Shown piece after piece: positions 1 through 7,356 of a stretch of 41,033 bases of DNA (position 1 is the first letter of the stretch; each line of letters begins with the position of its first letter). Origin of the DNA: a virus. Taxonomy: Duplodnaviria; Caudoviricetes. The DNA lies in IMG/VR virus record IMGVR_UViG_3300032327_000479, positions 1 through 41,033 of that record. One strand, 5' to 3'. A program made the translations under genes and the position numbers. The notes under the pieces are model-generated. The model did no database searches and was not told the origin of the DNA. It saw only the letters and a program-made list of their open reading frames with translations.

Positions 1-17
1 ATTAGGGGAGGTAACTA

Positions 18-257
18 ATGGATGAGGAACTTCGTAGCAAAATTGTTAATCAGGAGCCGTTGAATCAGGCTTATGCTTCTAGTGATTTTGCTCAGGGTAT
101 TGAGCGGGGTAAGTTCATGGAACAAGAACGCATTATCAAACTGCTAGAAGATGCAAGAAATAAATGTGCTTGCTATCGTGAAGTTGGCATGCCTATCTGC
201 CGCCACCAGTTAAGCGTGGATGAGCAAACAACTCTTATCAAAGGGGAAAACAAATGA
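18..257 (+). CDS. small hypothetical protein with ERIIKLLE...IKGENK motifs
   Basis: Strong RBS GGGGAGGT upstream. Shares DNA repeats with 370..585. Confidence 0.75.
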   Translation: MDEELRSKIVNQEPLNQAYASSDFAQGIERGKFMEQERIIKLLEDARNKCACYREVGMPICRHQLSVDEQTTLIKGENK

Positions 258-481
258 ATGACACCATTCTGACAGCGACCTATGACGACTTCAGCGAATC
301 GGGCGTTGCTGTTCTTAGTAATGGCTCAGTGCTTACTGACCCATTTTGGACTATCAAAGGAGAAAACAAATGAGTGAAGTAACTTTTAGCGGTAATACCA
401 TTGGCGATAAAGCATTGTATTTGAAAGGTATAGAGCATGGCACTAGGGATGAGCAAGAACGCATTATCAAACTGCTAGAAG
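123..481 (+). repeat. 28-bp identical direct repeat CAAGAACGCATTATCAAACTGCTAGAAG (123-150 and 454-481)
   Basis: Read directly. Encodes QERIIKLLE in both genes. Confidence 0.95.
254..373 (+). CDS. 39-aa hypothetical protein (MNDTILTATY...WTIKGENK), not in the ORF track
   Basis: ATGA coupling at both ends and an RBS inside the junction repeat. Confidence 0.7.
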   Translation: MNDTILTATYDDFSESGVAVLSNGSVLTDPFWTIKGENK

Positions 482-585
482 GTTTGATTGATAACCGAGC
501 TACTTATGAGATGCCAATGGAATATTGGGTGCAGAATAAGCTGCTTGAGTATGCTATTGCTCTTATCAAAGGAGGAAACAAATGA
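370..585 (+). CDS. small hypothetical protein (MSEVTF...LIKGGNK)
   Basis: Start moved to ATG 370 (AAGGAG RBS, ATGA overlap). Motifs paralogous to 18..257. Confidence 0.75.
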   Translation: MSEVTFSGNTIGDKALYLKGIEHGTRDEQERIIKLLEGLIDNRATYEMPMEYWVQNKLLEYAIALIKGGNK

Positions 586-728
586 AAAATAAAGTTATAT
601 ATTGGGCGTATTGCATTGGCTGGATTTTAAGGATTTTGTTTATAAGTGTTCCTTACCTTTTATTCTTGCTATTGCTTATGCCTTTTAGAAAGCGCAAAAC
701 TAATGAGAATCCAACAGGGAGGAAGTAA
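582..728 (+). CDS. 48-aa membrane protein (MKNKVIYWAYCIGWILRILFISVPYLLFLLLLMPFRKRK...)
   Basis: GGAGG RBS, ATGA overlap, hydrophobic stretch followed by a basic tail. Confidence 0.65.
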   Translation: MKNKVIYWAYCIGWILRILFISVPYLLFLLLLMPFRKRKTNENPTGRK

Positions 729-803
729 ATGGTATTCGCAGTATTCACAATAGTTATCTTTACGTTAGTAATCAAAGACATGATAAGGAAACATAAAAAA
801 TGA
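729..803 (+). CDS. 24-aa single-TM peptide (MVFAVFTIVIFTLVIKDMIRKHKK)
   Basis: GGGAGG RBS, abuts the previous stop and overlaps the next ORF by ATGA. Confidence 0.5.
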   Translation: MVFAVFTIVIFTLVIKDMIRKHKK

Positions 804-937
804 GCTTTAAGTATTACAGCAACAACGGCCCAACCTATGGTGCACAAATTTGGAGACCCGAACGTACTACAAAGTGGACACTAGATCTGTACTTCGGCAA
901 TCACGTGTTCGTAGTTATGTTCTACAAGGTAAAGTAA
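800..937 (+). CDS. 45-aa hypothetical protein (MSFKYYSNNGPTYGAQIWRP...)
   Basis: AAGGA RBS, ATGA overlap upstream and TAATG overlap downstream. Confidence 0.6.
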   Translation: MSFKYYSNNGPTYGAQIWRPERTTKWTLDLYFGNHVFVVMFYKVK

Positions 938-1065
938 TGACACTAAAAACTGGGTGGTGTCTTACCGACTATCACCTAGCCTGCCCAAAAGAAATCAACT
1001 CATTGAACACAGTTTACGTGTGTCCTTGTGAGTGCCATGCCAACACAAACAACGAGGAGAAATAA
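937..1065 (+). CDS. 42-aa Cys/His-rich peptide (GWC...H..C...CPCECH), putative Zn-binding
   Basis: TAATG coupling at both ends. Start moved from 850 to 937. Confidence 0.6.
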   Translation: MTLKTGWCLTDYHLACPKEINSLNTVYVCPCECHANTNNEEK

Positions 1066-1280
1066 TGAACACACCTTCTTTTATGAGCCTGCTTTCTCCT
1101 AAGCAGTGTTTCTTTTGTCAACTACCTACAAGCACCAGTACCAATTTGCTAAAAGAAACAATTGCAGGTAATTTTATACATGAAGCTTGCAAACAACACC
1201 TAGTGCAGCTAGAGGTGCATACTCCTGTACCATTAACCCCCACAGTAAAAAAGAAGCGACAGAAAGGCAATAATGACTAA
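1065..1280 (+). CDS. small Zn-finger-like protein (CFFC...HEAC)
   Basis: GAGGAG RBS, TAATG overlap, CxxC/HxxC. Confidence 0.65.
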   Translation: MNTPSFMSLLSPKQCFFCQLPTSTSTNLLKETIAGNFIHEACKQHLVQLEVHTPVPLTPTVKKKRQKGNND

Positions 1281-1638
1281 CAAAGAACCTTTAAACCAAA
1301 ACCTACTTATGACTCTCATTTCTCAACTAGCAGATGAAGTTATTACCCATGGGCAAAAAGAAGCGGAGCTTATTAAGTTAGACTGTTTGTCTGAGAAACA
1401 GGCAGACCAAATTGCAAAAGCTAACGCGTTTTTAACTACTTACGCACTGTTGTTGATTGAGGTGTACAAAACTCAAAACTTCGAGATCGCTCAAGTAATC
1501 TTAGAAGTGTGGGAAGCTCAAGAAGTTCAAGAACTCATGGCGTTAGTATTTGAGAAAGAGTTCAAAACAGCACGGACTAAGTTAGACAATAGCATCGATG
1601 TTATTGAGAACTATGTGAACAACCCTCCCCAAAAATAG
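1273..1638 (+). CDS. hypothetical acidic helical protein
   Basis: 121-aa ORF overlapping the previous gene. Confidence 0.7.
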   Translation: MTNKEPLNQNLLMTLISQLADEVITHGQKEAELIKLDCLSEKQADQIAKANAFLTTYALLLIEVYKTQNFEIAQVILEVWEAQEVQELMALVFEKEFKTARTKLDNSIDVIENYVNNPPQK

Positions 1639-1646
1639 AAGGAATA

Positions 1647-1865
1647 ATGAGCAAAGAATTAGATGTTCTAGTTAAAAAAGCTCGAGAACAAGGGTGGACA
1701 GTGGTGCTTACTAAAAACAACCACTACAAATGGATGAGCCCTCTTGGAGGGCTTTTCTATTCTGCTAGTACTCCCTCTGACTACAGAGCTGTGTATAACC
1801 TACGGCAAAACATGAAAAATAATGGGTTCATAGAAATACAAAAAACAAACAGGAGAAAAAAATGA
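1647..1865 (+). CDS. hicA: HicA-like (dsRBD-fold) protein
   Basis: Pattern AREQGWTVVLTKNNHYKW..P...STPSD.RA is typical of phage HicA-like proteins. Confidence 0.6.
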   Translation: MSKELDVLVKKAREQGWTVVLTKNNHYKWMSPLGGLFYSASTPSDYRAVYNLRQNMKNNGFIEIQKTNRRKK

Positions 1866-2146
1866 GTCGAGTTCCAACCGTATTTGATGTAATCAACATG
1901 GAGAAAGCATCCTGCACTACAGTCAACCCTGACATCTTCTTCCCAGAAGTAATGAGCCGTACTGCTGTGGCCGAGGCCAAGGCAGTGTGTGCTGGCTGTC
2001 AAGTAGCAGCTAGTTGTTTAACGTGGGCTCTAGAGAACCAAGAAATGGGTATCTGGGGAGGAGCTACCGAAACAGAGCGTAAGCTAATGAAAACTCGGGA
2101 GAAGTTCAACGATCACTTACGCAAACTCACCGTCTTTGCTAAGTAG
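1862..2146 (+). CDS. whiB: WhiB-family Fe-S transcription factor
   Basis: C...PDIFFP...AKAVCAGC...SC...GIWGG.T..ER motif. Confidence 0.95.
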   Translation: MSRVPTVFDVINMEKASCTTVNPDIFFPEVMSRTAVAEAKAVCAGCQVAASCLTWALENQEMGIWGGATETERKLMKTREKFNDHLRKLTVFAK

Positions 2147-2187
2147 TGAAAAACCCCCCTGCATTAATTTGCAGGGGGGTTTTTCAC
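2146..2187. terminator. bidirectional intrinsic terminator
   Basis: Perfect 18-bp inverted repeat GTGAAAAACCCCCCTGCA/TGCAGGGGGGTTTTTCAC with a 6-nt loop, between convergent genes. Confidence 0.92.
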
Positions 2188-2194
2188 AAACAAC

Positions 2195-2638
2195 CTATGC
2201 GTTACAAGTACACGTAGCACAATGATTCCTATCCCAAGCTCTTTGAGTGTTAGTAGAGTAATCCACTGCTTCCAAATGCTCTGGATTTACGCATAATTTA
2301 ACGCTGCATAAATGGTCAATTACAAGTCCTTTGGGTATTTCCCCTTTAACAAGCTCGTAAACAACCCTATGAGCAACTGTAGACTTGCCTTTCCATTTTA
2401 TTTGTCCATAACCTGATTTATGAACAGCTCCTGACCAAATATGGCACCCATTATTGTCAAGTGCATGCCTAGTCAATGGGTTCATCGGAATTGGACCTGA
2501 GGGCATTCCGTTAGTAAGGCAGTCAATACAACGAGACCTTCTGCCATCTTTTTTAACCCTATTGTCTGGGTAATAACTCTCAAGTGGCTTATCGATTTTG
2601 CATAAACGACAGAGTCGTGTGTTTGTTTTTATTTTCAT
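2195..2638 (-). CDS. free-standing HNH endonuclease with N-terminal Zn finger
   Basis: CRLC...CIDC, then GCHIWSGA...GYG...AHRVVY...IDHLC...CVNPEHL. Start placed at ATG 2638. Confidence 0.9.
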   Translation of the reverse strand: MKIKTNTRLCRLCKIDKPLESYYPDNRVKKDGRRSRCIDCLTNGMPSGPIPMNPLTRHALDNNGCHIWSGAVHKSGYGQIKWKGKSTVAHRVVYELVKGEIPKGLVIDHLCSVKLCVNPEHLEAVDYSTNTQRAWDRNHCATCTCNA

Positions 2639-2645
2639 ACACACG

Positions 2646-2654
2646 ACTCTATCA
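2646..2654 (-). promoter_or_regulatory. extended -10 (TGnTAGAGT) for a leaderless HNH transcript
   Basis: TAGAGT lies 7 nt upstream of ATG 2638 and no SD is present. Confidence 0.45.
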
Positions 2655-2679
2655 TTTATCGCAAACAATAGTTGTTAAA

Positions 2680-4719
2680 CTATTTAGTATTATCTGTGAT
2701 TAATTTTAGTTCACAGGAATCTGTTACGCAGTAATTCTCGCCTACAGCATCCAATGACATCCCTGCGTAAACTCCTTCGAAGTCAATCGGGAACAAGTGG
2801 TTACCGTATTCAGTGTACTCTTCCTCAGTAATTTGAGTGTAAGGCATCTGTGGGTAAATCGTGTTTCCCATCGGGAGAAACGATACCGTCTTTAGTTGTC
2901 CGTCATACATGTGCAACACCGTACCAACAGCTTGGCTTTCCTGCACAGCGTCAAAGGTAATGGTTACAGAGACAGAGTTGTCTGACCAGTACCGTTGAGC
3001 AGTTGCAGCCAATGACATCTTTTCATAAATCGATACATCTTTCTCAGACCTACTAGCATCACTCTTGATGGGGAAAAATACCACAGAGGTAGTGTCTGGA
3101 GATTCTGATGCAGCTTCAATGCGATAATTTGCCATTTTGAATAGTTCAAGCATAGGCTCATTGTTTGCAAAACGAATAGCACGGAGGAAGTACTTGCCAC
3201 CAGCAGTCCAGTGAACACCAGGGGATTCACCAGCAAGGATGCTGACAGTCCCTGAAGGCTTCACAGTAGTCATCTTAATTGACTCACGGATTCCTAGCCA
3301 TTCTGAGTATGAAACATCGTAGGCTTTGATAACTTGGTACCCCTCGTCCATCCAGTCACGAAGCACTGGAAGACCACGGTTATCTGCAAAGTTTGCCACT
3401 CCACTGATTGAGGTTCCAATACGACGATTACGCTGCATGATAGCGTTAGTCTCTTCCCAGTGGGTAGGCAATAACGTTACAGTCTTGGCATACAAGTAGG
3501 CAAACTTAAGTGTCCTCTTGAAGTCCTCTAGCGAGTCATGACGGTTAAGGTAAGTCTCAACTAGAGTACACATTTCAAACGACTCAAGTGACTGCTCTGC
3601 ACAAGGGTTGTACCCTACTACACGACGGTCCTTGTTGTTAACTCCATCAGCTAGACGACCATACTTACGGCTAGTGTCCATCCAGATAACTCCAGGCTCA
3701 CCATTACGAACAATGCCATCAACGATAGGAGAGAAATCTGTACCTACAGATACTTCTACTGAGTTGTTTGACATCCAAGCCCAACCTGGGGCTTCTGGGT
3801 CATACGAGTTGCGTTCAGGAAACTTCTCTGCGTTCTTAAGGTTCAAGAAATCTTGATCATCAATCTGTCCGATAAGTAGCTCTGCTGAGCGACGTACGTT
3901 ACCCGATACAACACAAACACCGATGAGGTTTCCAATGTCTGCTAGGTCACGCCTAGTTACTAGCTCACCTTTACGACCTGCAAATAGTTTAGTGATTGCA
4001 CCATGCAACTTGATTAGAGGAGCTGGCCCACTTGCTGTACCACCAAAGGTAGCAATAGAAGTTCCGTAAGGACGAATTTGGTCGTAGTTAAACTCCAGGT
4101 TAGGTTGCTCAGATTTCAAGAAAGAGTTAATCAACGCAACGGTTGACTCTTGCCATCCTTCACGAGTATCTGGGATTACATACTCGGCAGTACCAGTAGG
4201 GGCATAAATCTCAAACCCTTTATCTGCACCTTTATCATCAAACCCAACGCCAACACCCAGCATGGATGCTTCCATTAGAAATGCGAATGGTTTTCCTGGG
4301 TTATTCTTAGTCATTTCGTTAGTACTAACAAACGCACAGTTCTGTAGAGCTGCTGAGTTTTTCTGAGTGTTTACAATCTCAGTACCCATGACCCATAGGC
4401 CACGACCTGGAGGAGTCCACTTTAGATTAAACAAACGGTCAAACGCTTCTTTAGCACTTGCTGCTGCTTTTGCGTCACTCCATGGCAAACGGTTCTGTTT
4501 TGCATGGTCCTTCTGCAAGGAATACATACCGTTGATTACTCGCGCACATACCTCTGACCAAGTTTCCTTAGTGCCATCTTCCTTCTTGCGGCTGTACGTA
4601 CGCAAAAACGTGATTTCTCCAACGCTATTGCCTGCTACATCTGCGTAGCCGAATGGGGCTTTTTTGGACTTGTATCCTGCCACCCATTCTGAGGCTAGCT
4701 GAAATGAAAAATTAACCAT
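2680..4719 (-). CDS. nrdJ: class II (adenosylcobalamin-dependent) ribonucleotide reductase
   Basis: PPGRGLW, LQNCAF, GNVRRSA, NPCAEQ, TTVKPSGT and C-terminal CxxxxC. Confidence 0.95.
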   Translation of the reverse strand: MVNFSFQLASEWVAGYKSKKAPFGYADVAGNSVGEITFLRTYSRKKEDGTKETWSEVCARVINGMYSLQKDHAKQNRLPWSDAKAAASAKEAFDRLFNLKWTPPGRGLWVMGTEIVNTQKNSAALQNCAFVSTNEMTKNNPGKPFAFLMEASMLGVGVGFDDKGADKGFEIYAPTGTAEYVIPDTREGWQESTVALINSFLKSEQPNLEFNYDQIRPYGTSIATFGGTASGPAPLIKLHGAITKLFAGRKGELVTRRDLADIGNLIGVCVVSGNVRRSAELLIGQIDDQDFLNLKNAEKFPERNSYDPEAPGWAWMSNNSVEVSVGTDFSPIVDGIVRNGEPGVIWMDTSRKYGRLADGVNNKDRRVVGYNPCAEQSLESFEMCTLVETYLNRHDSLEDFKRTLKFAYLYAKTVTLLPTHWEETNAIMQRNRRIGTSISGVANFADNRGLPVLRDWMDEGYQVIKAYDVSYSEWLGIRESIKMTTVKPSGTVSILAGESPGVHWTAGGKYFLRAIRFANNEPMLELFKMANYRIEAASESPDTTSVVFFPIKSDASRSEKDVSIYEKMSLAATAQRYWSDNSVSVTITFDAVQESQAVGTVLHMYDGQLKTVSFLPMGNTIYPQMPYTQITEEEYTEYGNHLFPIDFEGVYAGMSLDAVGENYCVTDSCELKLITDNTK

Positions 4720-4782
4720 TTGTACCTATTTTCTTATTTAACGAAATACTCCCAATCGGAGACCTCTATTGTCGGTTATTTC

Positions 4783-4812
4783 AGCCTAACGTATACCTGC
4801 TAATACTGTCAA
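4783..4812 (-). promoter_or_regulatory. housekeeping-sigma promoter for nrdJ
   Basis: TTGACA-18 nt-TAGGCT on the - strand, about 65 nt upstream of the ATG. Confidence 0.7.
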
Positions 4813-4832
4813 ATGAGAATATACTTAGGTAA

Positions 4833-4876
4833 ATAATAGTTCCCACCATGTTTCAATACATGATGGGAACTATTAT
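4833..4876 (-). terminator. long stem-loop, terminator or RNA processing site
   Basis: ATAATAGTTCCCATCATGT-ATTGAA-ACATGGTGGGAACTATTAT. The single mismatch is a G-U pair only on the - strand. Confidence 0.65.
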
Positions 4877-4892
4877 CAGATAATACTTAGTG

Positions 4893-6353
4893 TTATCCTT
4901 CTAGCTTTTCTGCAATGATTCTGGTGGTAGTATCCCCGTCAATGATGCGAGTATTTTCTTTTGCGGCATCAACTCTGTCCCCAAAAATTGCGGCTAAAAC
5001 ACCTTGACTGGCATTACGCTGAGCAGTGATTTGGATGAATTCTTTTTGCTCGTCTAACTCTTTCAAACTCTTCAACATTTTAAAATAACGGTCCATCTCT
5101 TGCGATACGTTTGGGTCTGCGTACCCACCGTTCAATTCCTCTGTATACCGCATAAACGCTACTCTTTGGGCTTGCATCTCTACTAATGCAGTGTTCAATG
5201 CCTTCAATTGATCAGGAGTTTTTACCTCGATAGGAAGGTTAAACGCACACGTACTTGTAGGCTTAAATGCAGGGCAATTACTGGCAACAAAACAGGTATC
5301 GCATTGACGTAATGACGTGGTATTAGTCTGAACAACAGGTACTTGTTTTAAAACATCCCTACCATCTTCGTTCTCTACAACTTGCTTTAGCTGATACCCA
5401 AAAACAGGCATTGAAATGACCTCTGAGGGGTCTCTAGGAACGATTTCAACACGTTCTTGTTTCCGTACTTCACTACCACTGTTATTAGAACCAGGTAGCC
5501 CTAAATCCATTAAACCTGTATATAGGGTATCGTCACTGTTATCAGATACTTTATCATTTTTCATTGTTTTCTCTAACTGTAAATATGACCATACTGCAAC
5601 TTTAGTGGCTTCTAAGGTGTCATCATCTATGAACTTTTGAAAATTTAACCCTGATTTTTCTACCATTGTCTTGTACCGAATTCGTGCTTGAGTCTTCATC
5701 TTCTTTGGGTATCGTACTAATTTCATGCCATCCCAGATGATTGTTTCGCCTCGACGCATTGGGGATAACCAGCTGAGTGTCGAGGCTGTAGTAAAAGGTA
5801 TCTGTCTCAAATTGTCTGGTTTGGCCACTGCCAACCCATGAAATGTAGTTTTGTGAACTGCTACCATGTTTCTGGTCACCGCTGCTAACGCAGTGACGGT
5901 CTCTACCATAGTTCCTGGGATAGCAATTTGGTGATACATCGATCCCCAACTTTTTAGGGTAGGGATACCGTACTCTTCATGCCACACTACAATAAGTTTA
6001 GGGTCATTGGTGAACGCTTCTCGTTCTTTAAATACCCATTCTTTGCCCATTACTTGGCTGTCAAATTCTACCCAACCTTCAATTCGGTGGTAGTTATTAA
6101 CGATAAAATCTTCGTAATCTGCTGCGTATTCTTGCAGCTCTTGTTTAGATAAGTTAGCTTTGTCTGCTTGAGTTGCCCCCGCATCAACCCATACTTTCAT
6201 ATCTGGTAGAAAATGTTCCGCAATTAAATACGCTTTGGTTTTAGGCAACCCACGTTTACGCAATCCCCAGTAATTTAGCATCACATTATTGACGCCAGAT
6301 TTTTCTAGTAAAATTCTATTACTAGGTATTTCAACTCCACCAAATACAATCAT
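4893..6353 (-). CDS. divergent TGT/DpdA-like TIM-barrel protein with C-terminal Cys cluster and helical domain
   Basis: Ordered motifs VWVDAGA, EFD, VVWH, FHGLA and IPF..ASTLSW resemble DSGa/D/PVxH/HxLG/SxDSxSW. C-terminal CDTC-x5-C-x8-C. Confidence 0.55.
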   Translation of the reverse strand: MIVFGGVEIPSNRILLEKSGVNNVMLNYWGLRKRGLPKTKAYLIAEHFLPDMKVWVDAGATQADKANLSKQELQEYAADYEDFIVNNYHRIEGWVEFDSQVMGKEWVFKEREAFTNDPKLIVVWHEEYGIPTLKSWGSMYHQIAIPGTMVETVTALAAVTRNMVAVHKTTFHGLAVAKPDNLRQIPFTTASTLSWLSPMRRGETIIWDGMKLVRYPKKMKTQARIRYKTMVEKSGLNFQKFIDDDTLEATKVAVWSYLQLEKTMKNDKVSDNSDDTLYTGLMDLGLPGSNNSGSEVRKQERVEIVPRDPSEVISMPVFGYQLKQVVENEDGRDVLKQVPVVQTNTTSLRQCDTCFVASNCPAFKPTSTCAFNLPIEVKTPDQLKALNTALVEMQAQRVAFMRYTEELNGGYADPNVSQEMDRYFKMLKSLKELDEQKEFIQITAQRNASQGVLAAIFGDRVDAAKENTRIIDGDTTTRIIAEKLEG

Positions 6354-6835
6354 TCGAAGTTTAAAGTTTCAGTACGGATTAACCGCGCATCTTCTGTTCT
6401 CATGGAGTTTTGCTTGTTAATGGCGTTTTCAATATCTCCCCAAGCTCGAACTCTTTTAGGGGCATCGGGGCGAAACTCTGGCCGAGTGTATGTAGGTACC
6501 CCAAACATTACTGATGGAATTCCTAGCTCAAATGCAAATGCCCATAATGAAGGATTATTTGTAATGAACAAGTCTACTGGGCCTTGTGCTCGGGCAACTT
6601 TAATTTGTCTTTCGGCCAATACTTCCCCTGCTAATCCAACAGATGAATCAATAATTCTGTCGTAATCAACAATCTTGTTTAACCCTAACCATTGATTAGT
6701 TTGAGGCTCAGACATCTCAGATAGGAACATCAAACGGTTGTACACGCTTAATGTTCCTATCATGAGAATTCCTGTGGGGATAGGTTCGTCTGACATACCT
6801 TTTAACACACCGTTTAGGTCAACTAATATTTGCAT
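6350..6835 (-). CDS. HAD-superfamily-like protein
   Basis: N-terminal ILVDLNGVL (DxDG variant), FLS motif II and LFITNNP. Confidence 0.55.
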   Translation of the reverse strand: MQILVDLNGVLKGMSDEPIPTGILMIGTLSVYNRLMFLSEMSEPQTNQWLGLNKIVDYDRIIDSSVGLAGEVLAERQIKVARAQGPVDLFITNNPSLWAFAFELGIPSVMFGVPTYTRPEFRPDAPKRVRAWGDIENAINKQNSMRTEDARLIRTETLNFE

Positions 6836-6931
6836 TTATTCCTCGTAGCAATCACATTTACATTTATCTTCTAAACAAATTCCCCGATAAAGCTCATGGC
6901 CACATAAACGGCAGGTGTCAATTAGGGACAT
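6836..6931 (-). CDS. 31-aa Cys-rich peptide (MSLIDTCRLCGHELYRGICLEDKCKCDCYEE)
   Basis: Fills the gap exactly between its neighbours, has an AGGA RBS and six Cys. Confidence 0.6.
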   Translation of the reverse strand: MSLIDTCRLCGHELYRGICLEDKCKCDCYEE

Positions 6932-6934
6932 TTA

Positions 6935-7231
6935 TTAATCCTGTACAGGGGTGCTTTCTGCTTCAGCTTTACGCTTCTGCAATGCTTCGCTAACCTTGTC
7001 TGCAACGGTGTCTTCCTTAGGAGGAGTCAGCATCTGGGCTACTCCTTGTAGGACTTTCGATGCCAACATGTCCCTGTCAAAATCTTCGGTAATTTGACGT
7101 GAGGTTAGGTACACATCATTTACCGTAGCTTTACGCTGAATTTCTGGAAGGGTTTCTGGCAAGTCAGTGTAGCTAACTAGACTTCCGTCTTCTGTGATTA
7201 CGATTAGGTAATACGTTGTTGCTTTTTCCAT
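6935..7231 (-). CDS. hypothetical protein
   Basis: 98-aa ORF in operon context. Confidence 0.75.
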   Translation of the reverse strand: MEKATTYYLIVITEDGSLVSYTDLPETLPEIQRKATVNDVYLTSRQITEDFDRDMLASKVLQGVAQMLTPPKEDTVADKVSEALQKRKAEAESTPVQD

Positions 7232-7245
7232 GTGTTATTGTCTTT

Positions 7246-7347
7246 CTAGTATTTGACTAATCGACGCTTTACGGCATCGAATACTTTAGGATGTTTTTTA
7301 CTTGCTTTACCATTTTTGCGATTTGAATTGGTGCTACCTTTTGCCAT
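7246..7347 (-). CDS. 33-aa highly basic peptide (MAKGSTNSNRKNGKASKKHPKVFDAVKRRLVKY)
   Basis: TAAGGT RBS, fills the intergenic gap. Confidence 0.6.
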   Translation of the reverse strand: MAKGSTNSNRKNGKASKKHPKVFDAVKRRLVKY

Positions 7348-7356
7348 ATTTATACC

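Larger units (their letters stand above)
232..585 (+). repeat. three copies of the junction motif (CTCT)TATCAAAGGRGRAAACAAATGA (232-257, 352-373, 560-585)
   Basis: Read directly. Each copy contains an RBS plus an overlapping ATGA stop/start. Confidence 0.95.

Noticed and set aside
123-481. Diversity-generating retroelement TR/VR pair
   Set aside because: The repeats are short and identical with no adenine-specific mismatches, and there is no reverse transcriptase in the window.
653-847. - strand 64-aa ORF
   Set aside because: Shadow of coupled + strand mini-genes that have good RBSs.
4850-4858. ATTGAAAC (- strand) resembling a CRISPR repeat 3' handle
   Set aside because: Single copy within a hairpin loop, with no repeat-spacer array and no cas operon.
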